Positions 48,050 to 59,617 of a DNA stretch of 64,000 nt are shown here, one piece after another. A program made the translations under genes and the position numbers. The number at the start of each line of letters is the position of its first letter. Position 1 is the stretch's first letter. A model generated the notes under the pieces. The model saw nothing but the letters and a program-made list of their open reading frames with translations, had not been told where the DNA came from and did not search any database. This DNA is from Ptychodera flava (lineage: Eukaryota), in contig NC_091947.1 in the NCBI RefSeq assembly GCF_041260155.1, positions 31,770,780-31,834,779 of the forward strand, given 5' to 3'.

Positions 48050-48991
48050 GGGACCGTTCAGTTTTACGGCCGGGGGGGGGGGGGGGGGGGGGCGGCAAAA
48101 TCTTGTCGCCGGTGTTCAAAAAAATGATGACCCCCCTGCATTTTTCGCGAAAAAATGATGACCCCCCCTTTGTCAGACGAAAAATTTGATGACCCCCCCC
48201 CCCCCGCTGAAAAATAACCAAAACCCATATGTCAAATTTACCTGCACGGTTTGGATTTGAACTCCGGTACGCGGCGCACTTTATTCGTGTAGCAGAGATG
48301 CCAGTGTACAAACTTCTCAGCCACATCCATGCAAACGTCTGTTAATTAGGACTACTGTAGGGCAATTTTAACTTCATTTCCACAGACAACTTATGTCCAT
48401 GGACATTGTATAAAATAAACTTTATTGGAGTGGTTCGCCAAAGGCAGCCCTCTGGTTAAGAGGGTCATGGGCCATTACGTAAAGTAAACTTTATTCTAGT
48501 GGGCACCAAAGGTGGCCCACTGGTAAAAGAGGGTCGATCATGGCCATTGCATGAAGTAAACTTTACTGAACAGGGCCGCTGAAGGCGTCCGGCCGTTAAG
48601 ATGGTCATGGGGTATTACAATAAAGTAAATTTATTGTAGTGGGCCGCCGCAGGCGGCCCGCCGGTAAAGAGGGTCGATCATGGCCATTGCATGAAGTAAA
48701 CCTAATTGGAGTGGGCCGCCAAGGCGTCTGCCCGCTGAGAGGGTCATGGGTAATACATAAAGTATATTTATTGTATTGGGCCGCCGAAGGCGGCCCGCCG
48801 GTAAAGAGGGTCAATCATGGCCATGGCAGAAAGTGGACTTTATTGTAGGTATTATGTTTTTGAAAATGTGGTGACCCCCCCTTTCCTACCAGTGAAAAAG
48901 TGATGACCCCCCCTTCTTGGATTCCAAATTATGATGACCCCCCCCTGGATTTTGCCGGCCCCCCCCCCAGCCGTAAAAACTGAACGGTCCC
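48050..48991. mobile_element. Tourist/PIF-like non-autonomous element of about 942 bp with homopolymer G/C tracts and an internal satellite array, in ENPP intron 2
   Basis: TIRs GGGACCGTTCAGTTTTACGGCC(G)n..GGCAAAAT / ATTTTGCCGGCC(C)n..GCCGTAAAAACTGAACGGTCCC. TTA lies on both flanks (taTTA|GGGACC ... GGTCCC|TTAat), a 3-bp TSD. Three subterminal direct repeats AAAA.TGATGACCCCCC(C) occur at each end in the same orientation. G runs of about 20 and C runs of about 13 are present. Confidence 0.65.
48400..48840. repeat. Internal tandem array of the 48050-48991 element, a higher-order repeat of about 140 bp repeated about 3.5 times
   Basis: Alternating units of about 77 bp and about 65 bp: ...TAAAGTAAACTTTATT.TAGTGGGC.CC..AGGCGGCCCGCCGGTAAAGAGGGTCGATCATGGCCATTGCATGAAG / TAAAC.TAATTGGAGTGGGCCGCCAAGGCG.C.GCCCG.T.AGAGGGTCATGGG.ATTAC. 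Each unit has a GGGCCGCC..GGCGGCCC palindromic core. Confidence 0.6.
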
Positions 48992-49214
48992 TTAATTTAA
49001 CCTTGAACTAAGGCAGACTTTTCTAACCCCGAAAACTCTAACACTTTTAGATAGGTTCTTGGCAAGTAGGAATTTGAAAACTATATTTTGACATTTGACA
49101 ACTTGACTTCACTTCACTTTTTCCGTAGAGACAGTTTTTAAAAAATCTTTACAAGTTCAATTTTAGGATGATATTGCAAAAATCGAATGCAAACTATGAA
49201 AGATCCATTCTTAC

Positions 49215-49951
49215 CGCAAATATCTCCCATCCCTCATCACAAACTATTAGTATCGGTTGAATTCGTCTGTTGTTTCGATAGTGCCAGTGCTCTGGGATGT
49301 CTTCCTTCAAGTACACCGTTAAGTTAGGGTGTTTTCCATTCAGGCTGTTGTATACATCCATGATTTTGTTTTCAACGGGGAGGATATTCATGACGGGACC
49401 AAACTCAGTTACCAGCTTGACGTCACCAGGATCCACGTAATCGTAAAGGTCAAGGTTGTTGCTGGTGGGTGTTTCTGCCATTCCATGGTCAGCAGTGATG
49501 ATAATGTTAACGCTGTCATAAATACCTGCTTCTGTGAATCTTTCAGCCAGGTAACCGAGGAGCTCGTCCAGCTTTCGTATCTCTTCGGTCGTTTCCGGAG
49601 AGTCATACCCTTGTTCGTGACCATAGCCGTCCGGTTCATCAAAGTATAGAGCGATGAAGTCAATATTTTCTTCGGTGAACCATCGAACCACTGTATCCAC
49701 GCGAGCTCTATAAGGATGACTTTCATTGTATTTTAACCAAATATCTGGATCATATCCACCGTTTGTAGCTGTCTCTCCCCCAATCCAGAAGTAGGAGGCA
49801 CTACGCCCTCCTTGCTTTGAAACCGTTACCCATACGGGCTCTCCACCGTTGTCCCACCATATAGGATCTTTGTTGGACATAGCAAATGTCGCATTGAGGA
49901 CGGGGTCGTACATTCTGTTGCCAACAATTCCATGGCTCTCCTGGTACAAAC
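49215..49951 (-). CDS. ENPP4/5-like coding exon 2, a 737-nt exon
   Basis: Encodes (G)LYQESHGIVGNRMYDP...YFWIGGE...IDFIALYFDEPDGYGHEQGYDSPE...IIITADHGMAE...NLTVYLKEDIPEHWHYRNNRRIQPILIVCDEGWEIFA. The metal-binding and catalytic motifs of type I phosphodiesterase/nucleotide pyrophosphatase are conserved, against ENPP5 LFAENHGIVANDMFDP...YWEDPDDMGHHLGPDSP...IITSDHGMT. Acceptor ctcatag|, donor GCG|gtaaga. Confidence 0.85.
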
Positions 49952-51679
49952 CTATGAGATGTCAGATGAAAATTGTATATTATGACGAAGCATGCATCGC
50001 CTGAAGGACATGCAGTCCTTGAGGTATATAATAAAAAAGAACTAGACTGTCTTCGGTTAACTTCAGCTAAATTAAAGTTCAACATTAACTTCGCTTGTAC
50101 AATTTTCATTTAAACAATCGTCATGTAAATTGAAGGAGTCTGAAAAACAAAAAACCACAACGCTAACGATGTGTTAGTGTCATGGAATGACAAAAATGAT
50201 CATGCTTCCGGGCACATAGGCTGTCAACTTAATACATTTCTTCATCATTTTAGACTGTGTGTAACTTAGTTCCAATCTATCAGGAAACGATGGTACAATG
50301 TCTTTCAGCAGGATGAGACTGCATATCGTTTTTAAATTATTTCAGGGATCTCACCGACGCAATGTTTCGGTAGTGCTGTAACCTTCTGGTTTGACCAAAT
50401 CCGGAAGTTTTGTGTATGTGAATATAGTCGGAAAATTCATGGGACCGAGCCCGGAACATACATATATGATATGCGCTTAAGCTTGTACAACCAGGCACAT
50501 TTTTCATAATAAGCTGAATTCTACAAACAAGTCTTATCAACATGAACGGAATAGATCACTGATGACCCTGTTCCTATGCCACATATCCAACGACTGACGA
50601 TCAGTACGAAGCTTTCCATTGGTAATTTTGTGTCGCTCAAATGGAACAGGAAAAGTCCAGACATTTTAATATCATGATGGAACAGGATATTCAATAATGT
50701 AATTCTTAAGATTGTTCAGGTTTTTAAAGAAATAAAGTATGATGTGATGAACAAAACTCGCACAATTAAGCACACGCTTACTTCTAATATGTGCTTTTGT
50801 GTGGTTGAGAAAAGTACATGACTTTGTTAAATTTATCATTACGAGGACAATTGGTAGTATGTTGCATATATGCAACGGTAACGATTTTGTTGTGATCGTT
50901 TTTCATTTCCTGAGCCAGCGATCGATTCCATTCAAAGTTATCACGAGGACAGTTTAATGCAACATATGGACGTCAATATTTGATTTGCAATACGGTTTAA
51001 TGTTGTCACACTGTCGGCTATTTTCCCGCAATAATTATATCATATCTGAGGTCGTTATTCCGACATATGTCAACAGATATCTTTAAAAAGGCACGAAGAC
51101 AAGACAGCCCAGATTTACCATTAAATATCCTTGTCAGTTTGCTATCAAATTTCCGATCACGAAAATCCTGAGTACTCGTATGTTTCAGTCTTCCCAGACG
51201 CAATTACGCGAAGTTTATTGTGATGCTTTAGGAGTGTACATAGCGCAATATGGGGATAATTGTACATGAAATCCAGGCAATATTGCGCTCCTCGATAGCT
51301 TTGTCAACACGTTCGCATGACAGTCCATTCCTGACAAATATTTGGACATTTTTCACTTTTTATTTGTTATTTATTGCCATGCATGCCATATTTACCGATG
51401 CGGCTTGTTACACGAGCCCTTCCTGGCGTTTAGCGTGGTACGATATCAGTGGTTTACATCATGTCAATATCAGTATAAAATTACCGTTTTTGTCATTCTT
51501 ATACTCGTAATTCATTTATCTATTTTGATTTTGAAACTGGTCAAATATATCAGATATTTGGTTAAAATACGACGACGACAAGAACAGAACTATTATATTC
51601 ATAAACCTTGCCATAAATAGGGAAAAAGAACGACAACATTGGTGTATAGGCTTCAACAATGAGACCCGAACTCCTCATA

Positions 51680-51808
51680 GTTCGAGGTAGCCTAGTCCCT
51701 AAACGAAGTATTTTTGTCTTCGGAGGTTTTTGGCATTCGCCTATGGGCGAAGGCCAAAAATCGCCGAAGGTAAAAGTACTTCGTCTAGGGACTAGGCTAA
51801 GTTCGAGG
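51680..51808. mobile_element. Hairpin MITE of about 129 bp in ENPP intron 1
   Basis: Arms GTTCGAGGTAGCCTAGTCCCTAAACGAAGTAT / AGTACTTCGTCTAGGGACTAGGCTAAGTTCGAGG. The inner region (CGGAGGTTTTTGGC...GCCAAAAATCGCCGAAGG) is partially palindromic. Confidence 0.55.
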
Positions 51809-52277
51809 CCGACGGGCTAAATTTAATTTATTGGAACTGCCTACAGAGACAGCAGAGACTGGCACCATCTATCTTTTGTTCGTCCAACTTGCTTAATAAA
51901 TCTTTGCGAAGACGGTAGAGTAAGACTACAATCTGTGGTCAGTGGTAATACCTTCTTTCAAATTTTGGCAGGTCTGTTTGTTTGATTGTTTGTTTTACGG
52001 GTAATAAAGGTCGAAAACCATTTTCATTGTTTATCAGTGTTACTCACCTGACAACAGTACCAGCCACTAGACTGTTCAGTTTACTCGTTCATCCATGAAA
52101 TATCGACCAATTTATAACAGCATGTGTACTTTACGGTATGATTTATACGGAGATAGGAAAGGTGATACGTACGAGAGCCGCAGAGGGTCATCTTACATCC
52201 TTCAAAATTTCAACTCGATCGTATTTTCTACTTCAGATATGTGAGGGCAGCTACACGAAATACACCAGTCTACTCAC

Positions 52278-52503
52278 CTGTAACGAGTGTATAATGTGCG
52301 GGGAAGGTCTTTGTAATAAAGGTAGGGTTGAGGTGTTTCGCCTGGACGCCCTCGTTAACAAATTTATCAAAATTTGGCGTTTCGACCCGGTCTAGGTAGT
52401 CCCATCTGAAGCCGTCGAAGGAAATCAGCAAAATTTTACTTCGGAGAGAGACAGCAAAAGCTGCCACATGAGCGAGAACCAGCGAAATAAAAAGGTTCTT
52501 CAT
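52278..52503 (-). CDS. ENPP4/5-like ectonucleotide pyrophosphatase/phosphodiesterase, coding exon 1; ATG at 52501-52503
   Basis: Encodes MKNLFISLVLAHVAAFAVSL (signal peptide) RSKILLISFDGFRWDYLDRVETPNFDKFVNEGVQAKHLNPTFITKTFPAHYTLVT(G). The catalytic-site motif is LLVSFDGFRWDY...TKTYPNHYTLVTG, as in ENPP5. The M at 52530 in the supplied ORF is a GTG codon. Donor G|gtgagta. Confidence 0.8.
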
Positions 52504-54562
52504 ATTGGATTCAACACCCAGATTGAACACCGCTTTAGACCATAGACGACCATATGCCGAAGACAGTGGCGCGGAAAATGATGGTCTGTGGTTGGGTGGG
52601 TCTATCGTTCGCAGTCTGTGCGTTTCACATCTGACCTAAAAAGTTGAAAGTTAATAGGTTGGCCGTACAGTGTGCCTGGTGACAATTCATAAACAAACAA
52701 GTGTGACCCTTGGTATACTTACAATGAACTCAAATCTATGGTTTTTAGGGTCTATGTTCACTTGTAAATATCGTGCATATTTCGCAATCTTCGCCATTGA
52801 CATTGATTTATTATCGCTAGATCACTTAGATTTATCATGGAGATAGCACACAGAGTGTTACATAGTGCTACCACCATGGATACTTTCAACAATACTTCTG
52901 AAGATAAGGCTGAAATAAGTACCATTGTGTCAAATTTAAGTATCCGTGCTTGAAGATAAAGAAAGCCCTCACGCTATGACCAAAGCAGTATTTAGGTTAC
53001 CGGGTATATATGTATATGTCCACATGATATTATCATTTGCGCAAGGTGATAGCATGAGATAATAGTGCCCAGTTGCAGTATTATATAATCTTGGTAGATA
53101 GTCATATGTGGTCGGCTCCAGGCATTCAGGAAGGGCACATTCGAGCGACATTCAGAGATTAAAAGCCCAGTAGGAATATTTTTCGCCCTCGTCGCATCAG
53201 AGAGCAATTTACATAAGCATTTTGGGTGTCGACTATATTTTGATGATTATACACATATGATTGGTCACATCATAGATAGTAGAGGGAGAAAGACTACTGT
53301 CTATGGTCACTGTCACTCTCTAGATTGACAATTCGAGGTACGACAGTATTGTACAGGGAGAGCAAAAGCACTTATATTAACCATAGATCCGTTTTTAGGG
53401 TCTATGTATTAACAGAAATGTTTATACATCAAAACATGCACCCTTTGTCCTTGAAAAAAACTAAGTGAAAATATACAAAAAAGTCATAATATTCACTGAT
53501 TGATGTCAATGTTTACTATTATAATTGTAGTGATAGACTAATTCAGTACTTTCTTGTTTTTTGGTTTGTTTATTTGTTATAATTACCGTAACAGTACTGA
53601 TAGAGACTGATTCAGTATTTTCTTGCTTTTTGTTCGCTAAAAGGTTTCATATTCCCATTGTCTGTGATAATGCTTTTTAGTGCAATATGAGGTAAAGACT
53701 ACACAAAAATGTCATTTTATTGATATGAAACAAAAAGTCGTTTATTTTCTTTTGCTTAAGTTATTTAAATATATGCGCCTTTTGAACTGAAATATAGAGG
53801 TTAAATTTGACGGTAGAAGTACAGTCAAAAGCTCCAATAATGTGTAAGTTCTTGGAGATATAGTTCTTAATTGCTTTTGTGCATTCACATTTCAGCACAC
53901 GGTTTTAAATATCACAATGTCTTTTCCGTATGCTAATGCTTAGACTTGGTTCAAGTCGGTGATATTTTAAAAAATAAAATCATTTGTAGTAGTTTCTCTT
54001 TTGTCTCTAGAATTTCATACAAGACTAACTGGAATTTGGCAGCCCAGACCAGGTTTTCCTAGCAATTGAAAGTGTTACCTTTGAGTCTGGGCAGTAGTAA
54101 GTTAGTTAATAGTGAGTTAGTTTCTGCCGGGAGAAACTCCCGTGCACCCCCCTCATCGCGTTCACCCCACTCACGCGTTTCACATGAAAACAGAACACCA
54201 ATTATCGCTTTCACCCACTCAAACATTCGCAAATCACCAAGTCTAGCTTGTGCACAAAATTGATGACAACTACGAATAGAAAAAACATCCCTGCTATCGA
54301 ACTCGAAATGTGGTGGGATGCGCCTTGGGGACAGACATGCGCATTCACAAACTTTTACAAAACAGCTTGTGGGGGCTCATTTTGAAGCTCATGGGGTTTA
54401 TAAAGTTTTCACAAGCTAATTTTTTGAAATTCGAAAATCAATTTTTCCCACCTGGTCACTTGGCGAGATGGACAACCCGCAGAGACTCGCATGTGACCCG
54501 CATTACTTTTTCGCGTGTACTTAATTACATTCCACATTCCATTCCAAATGTCAGTTCATGTA

Positions 54563-54780
54563 GAACACGATTGGAATTAATTTGGGATAATTGGATGGTG
54601 AAGTAATGTCTATTTGATCTGCAAATGTAAGCTCATCTGCTTTTCTTTTTGAGTTGCACACTTGCTTTTATGAGTAATTTGTAATATTGCAACATTCAGC
54701 TATAGGGCACCTAACATTTTTGAGAAATTTGAAAAATATGAAAATCCAATTATCCCAAATTAGTTCCAATCGTGTTGTAG
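54563..54780. mobile_element. MITE copy B of the family seen at 46845-47065, about 2 kb upstream of the ENPP ATG in inverted orientation relative to copy A
   Basis: TIRs of about 35 bp: AACACGATTGGAATTAATTTGGGATAATTGGATGG / ATCCAATTATCCCAAATTAGTTCCAATCGTGTTG. The internal GTAATTTGTAATATTGCAACATTCAGCTATAGGGCACCTAAC is the reverse complement of copy A's. Confidence 0.6.
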
Positions 54781-57433
54781 TTAATGCTTGCAGTAAGTGA
54801 ACTAAAGATCATTAAAATGATATTAAGCTAGACGAAATAAAAGTCATCATGACACCGACTTAATTTATCTAGCAGAAACATATCAAATATAATGACATAT
54901 AAGTAAAGTGTGCATATTTCTTGAGCACTACGAAAACCGGTAACCGTTGTTCCTTCCCTTTATATATCGAGTTGAATTCAGTTTTCTGTATAAACGGCAG
55001 CTGTTCTTTAAAAGGTGTGCTTGATTAATCACATCGACAATGCAGTGATGTAAGTATTAGCCATACTAATACCATAATTTTCACCATAATTGACACCATT
55101 TTGCATTAACACATTTGAAATGCGAATCACGAATTTTCAGCCTGGGTACTGTCTCGGTCAGATATAGGATTGGATTATCAGCAACCTGACTATAGTCTAC
55201 TACAACTAACATCGCTAGTTCACAACAACACAGCAGGCGTAAAAGGCTTTTATTAAATTAGTGAAATGCTTGTGAATCCCCGTATTCAATGTAAGGAAAA
55301 GATGTTTAAGGCGGGACGTGCATCCATGATTTAAATAGCAAAGGATGTAGTGTCTTTCTATCGAGCTTAGATTTACCTTTTCGCCTAGACTTCGGTAAAG
55401 AGATCAATGTCTATAGGTTATTTTGCAATGTACCAAAGAAGAGTGTATTATCCCAAGACTAAATGTAAAGTTCATGCCTTGGTTTTACTTAGTTGTAAAG
55501 AATTATCGTAACTATTGTCATGCATTGTTGCAGATCAGAATTCTGTAGGATTATCATGTGATCGGCTGTGATGACTTTACGGGATGTTTAGTACATGTAT
55601 TAATATATTTTGACATGTTAACAGTGTATCGCAGCAGGTGGAAATATTCAAATAAGATATGTAGATTCAATGCTATATTTTGTAGATAAATAAACAAATA
55701 AATTCAAGGAAAAGTGTCATAGATCCACAAAGAACAAATTTAACCATAGAGGGCGCTGTTTCGTCGGCATGAGATCAACTTCGATGCAAGCTGTTCTACT
55801 TAAAATAATCGAAAATTCAATCATTTTCAAGGGAAGATCTCTAAAGCATCGTAAAAAACTTATGTGGCATCAAATCAATCTACGTGTGCAATTTTGTGAA
55901 AAACATACATTCACTTTTAAAACACTTCACTTCCTGAACTTCACATCATATGAATTTTCTGTATTCACAAAAATCACATGCAGACCAAAAGACACAATTC
56001 CTGATGATGGCAGTAGCATCGTAAGGGCACAAAAATTTTAGTTCTTTAGTTATTGGTACAATCATATGAGCGTGCCTATGGTTCACTGTGACCTAGTTAC
56101 TGGGATAAATCAAACTTAGATTTCACGATCCGATTTTCAATTTGGCAAATTGATGCAAACTTTTCATTTGAACCAGTCTGAATTTTTGTATGAGATAAGA
56201 ATGAAACTCTTTCTTTGCATTTTAACTTGTTTATGCTTTATTAATATGCAGCTATGTGTACACAGAGAAATCATCTTCCCCGAGCTGAAATGTGAGATTG
56301 TGGAGTGTGACCTAGTGAGTATGTGTGCAAGCATTGTCTGTTGGTGTAAGGTTCCACATTCAGTCCATGAATATTACTTGACTCTGAAAGTTGTGGATAT
56401 GTTCCGTTTCCTATAAATAACTTAAGGATTAGAGCAGAAATCCCGCTGTTATTCCCAAAATTCAGCAGAGCATTAAAAAATGTAATGTGAATGAGTGTAT
56501 TGTCAAAAGACATGAATCAGTGATATGTGAAAAATGCCTGGATATTTTATTGCTCTTGAATACAATTGTAGAATAAAAAAAATAAGTTACAGCGCAGGAA
56601 ACTCTTCCACAATTACAATGTACATAAAACTGAAAATGTGCCATAGAGGGCACTCTTGCTTTCACCGCCACATACAAGTGATGTCATTTTGAGATGCCAG
56701 GCAAAATGATATATTGTGCAAATAACAACATATTTAACCAAGTGTTGCGACACATTGAGCAGTGTTTTGAATTTTTGTTGCTAGCAAATTAATCCACATA
56801 CACATCTTTTACAAGTTTGGTGGGAGAAAACAAAAATCAAATTCAAGCATATTTTGGAATACAATGATGGTGACAGATTATCTGAAGCCCTTGGAGCAAT
56901 ATTTGCCTCCAAGAGTCCATGGTTGAAGACTACAACAGATGAAAAATATTTCATTTTAAATGAGTAATACTGAAACTTGCTATGACATTGCCGTTATTTT
57001 CCTTCTAGAAAACAAGTATTTTTTTTTTCTTCGTAAAGTATGGTGAAATACAAATTATTAGCCTTGCAAACACAACGGATTGAGCATAATGTGCCATATT
57101 GTGTTGACAAATGAATTGGGAATGTGTCCGGACTATAATTCAGTCATCAAAAATAAAATTGGAAATTGCACACATAAAGGGTACAGGCTGTGTTGACAAA
57201 TTTAAGACATCTCACACTTCAACATTATTTAGCGGTTAAAACAAAATATTTCTAAAGTAAAACAAAAATAATGAAAAAGACACAAATAGTTACAGCTTAA
57301 GCTTATGTAAGAAGCTTTTGATATGTGCAAGATATGTTGATTATCCTCAGTTTGAATGGTAATACTACAATATGACATTGAAAGACTAACTGAATAATGT
57401 GGTAACAACTTGATCCCATCGGTCTGCCGTCAA

Positions 57434-57496
57434 TTACTTATTTTTAGCAATTGTGGCACGCAGCTTTTCTTCACTAGCACCACTGAAGCGTTCCAA
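57434..57496 (-). CDS. TXN: Thioredoxin terminal exon, TAA at 57434-57436
   Basis: Encodes LERFSGASEEKLRATIAKNK*, against human [20 protein letters not shown]. Acceptor tatttgcag|. Confidence 0.75.
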   Translation of the reverse strand: MERFSGASEEKLRATIAKNK

Positions 57497-58312
57497 CTGC
57501 AAATAAAGATATGCCAATAAGTTTTAAGTTTTCTTGTAAAAGTGTAATACCATTTGTATGGGCTTGATAGTAATGTTCTAGTTGCAGAACAGAGCAGCTA
57601 CCACAATATGAAGTAAGAATTGATTAAAAGAAAGATTATCAGAATTTTGTTTAAAGGTGATATGCGCCTCGAAAGTGAAAGACTTAAATTTTTGCTCAAA
57701 CTTTCATCAAAGAATAGTTCAACCATTCTCTTTCAAAATCACAAACAAAAATTAGGGTTTACTGTACAAATTTTGGTAAAGAGAAACAAATTACCCAAGA
57801 TTTATGGATGTTTGTAATTGAAAATGGCTGCTATCCATGTGTTCACTCTATGGAGAAGAATAAAATTTTCGATTTTTCGAAAAAAAACGAAAATGGTGAA
57901 AAGTTTTCTTACACAACTAGCTTTAAATGAACCCATACAAGAGGTAAATGAGAAAAGAATTGACTGAATACCTGTCCCTGAGGCGTATTCTACCTTAAAT
58001 TGGGTATATATGTTAATTTGCTTGCCTAGAGATTAACCCAAACTTCTATCACTGTCTAGTGAAAGAGCTTATTGTTTCGAATAGAAGGAGTTATAGATTA
58101 GCTACATACACACATGTGAGTTCATGAAGGGGATAACTTGTTATGTGTGAAAGATGGCGAACAGTGGGAGATTCTATGTTCAGGTTGAAAGATATCTGGA
58201 GTGAGAGAGAACAGATATGAGCATTTGCAGAGAGTGACTGAACTTTACATGAAGCTGTTTAAAATGGTGGAACAGTGTCACCAAAAACAACAAACTTAAA
58301 TCACATCCTTAC

Positions 58313-58378
58313 CTCTTTTCCATTTTTGAAGAACACAAATGTCGGCATTGAAGAAATGTTGCATGATTGGGCAGTTTC
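58313..58378 (-). CDS. TXN: Thioredoxin exon 3
   Basis: Encodes ETAQSCNISSMPTFVFFKNGKE, against human [22 protein letters not shown]. Acceptor ttatag|, donor |gtaagg. Confidence 0.8.
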
Positions 58379-58677
58379 CTATAATTTGGAAATCAAAAGA
58401 AAAGTGAATTTAGGTTAAATATGGCTGCATGTGAAAGCAATCTTCAAGAATATTTGACAATATGATAGACATGTGAGAACGAAATTTATTAGCAACCCCT
58501 GATGTTTTAAAATGTTTGTGTGTTTCTTTCTGTTTAACAATTCTAAAGTTCTATTAAAAACATGTCATTTGTTAATCAAATGCAAACAATGAGGACTAAG
58601 ATAATAAATCATTTTCAAACAATCCCAACATACATGAAATCTAATGGCTGTGATTTTATAAGCGATAACATTCTTAC

Positions 58678-58737
58678 CGAATTTTCATCGACATCCACCT
58701 TCAAAAATACAACATCTGTCATTTCTTCGGCAAGTGC
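58678..58737 (-). CDS. TXN: Thioredoxin exon 2
   Basis: Encodes ALAEEMTDVVFLKVDVDENS, against human [20 protein letters not shown]. Acceptor tatttcag|, donor |gtaagaa. Confidence 0.8.
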
Positions 58738-59322
58738 CTGAAATAAATGAGAATATCACTCTGTAAACTCTTTCTGATAAGTGTGTGTAATATTTAATTT
58801 CTACAAGCACAGCCATGTGCAAGACACACAAACAAGTATGTGTAAATGTACATTGTTCCTATGTGGCTGAGTACATGCATACATATGTATATGAGATGAT
58901 GTACTTGAAAGCAATTTCCTGCAGAGCTATCGTGGTGTTTACTAAAATGGACAGCTATGATGTGGTATTTTTCAGCAGTCACCATTCAGTTTTGCTAATA
59001 CAACCCAGAAAGCATGTACATATTTCTGAAATATTTTAATCCCATTGGTTATTGTCCCTCTTTGGTTTTCATTGGATAACTTGGCTTAAGCACATATTTG
59101 AGGATTAAGGAATTATGATAGAATATCCCTGTCGGATACAACTGTCAACTGAAACTTTCATTGGATAATTATATTCTTGTAGATTTTATTTAGAAATAAA
59201 TTCACACATAAAACATTTCTTTTGATACTTATTTTGCTAATGACATACGACAACGACAACAAAGGAAAATATTAACAGTGTAAGCTAGCCCTTGGGTTCT
59301 TGCATCATGAAAGATGGCTTAC

Positions 59323-59529
59323 CTTGTACTTGGGGGCGATGAATTGACAAGGCCCACACCATGCTGCGGTGAAATCAACAACAACCAGCTTCGAACCAGC
59401 ATTTTTCAATTCAGCATCAAAGGCATCCTGTGGGATTACAGAAAGTACATTTTTCGTCAGGAAAACTTTGGGTGAGTGGAGAATTAGTGAACACCAGGGA
59501 ATATCGCCCTCTTCGTTGACACCGGACAT
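59323..59529 (-). CDS. TXN: Thioredoxin coding exon 1; start codon uncertain
   Basis: Encodes ...[39 protein letters not shown], with a WCGPC active site; against human [39 protein letters not shown]. The only in-frame ATG is at 59527-59529 and adds about 27 residues ([30 protein letters not shown]) that are not typical of Trx1. The true start may instead lie in an unrecognised upstream exon spliced to cccacag| at about 59432. Donor AAG|gtaagcc. Confidence 0.7.
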
Positions 59530-59551
59530 TCAAACCATGGAGGTACTACTA

Positions 59552-59617
59552 CCAGGTTCCTGGAGTTGCCAGTGTAGTATACATAGACAGAACTACACTG
59601 GCAACTCCAGGAACCTG
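59552..59617. repeat. Perfect 27-bp-stem palindrome 23 nt upstream of the candidate thioredoxin ATG
   Basis: CCAGGTTCCTGGAGTTGCCAGTGTAGT - 13-nt loop - ACTACACTGGCAACTCCAGGAACCTG. Confidence 0.7.

Noticed and set aside
48003-48326. 107-aa ORF (-) containing PPPPPPPPGRK and GGGGHQIF
   Set aside because: It is a translation of the poly-G/poly-C homopolymer tracts and TIR of the intronic Tourist-like element. It is not coding.
49329-49726. +strand 106-aa and -strand 105-aa ORFs overlapping ENPP exon 2
   Set aside because: These are alternative frames or antisense of a long, well-supported coding exon. ENPP homology is only in the frame reported.
52504-52530. N-terminal MFNLGVESN extension of the ENPP ORF in the supplied track
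   Set aside because: The M at 52528-52530 is a GTG codon, so the ORF finder accepts alternative starts. The first ATG is at 52501-52503 and begins a canonical signal peptide (MKNLFISLVLAHVAAFAVSL).
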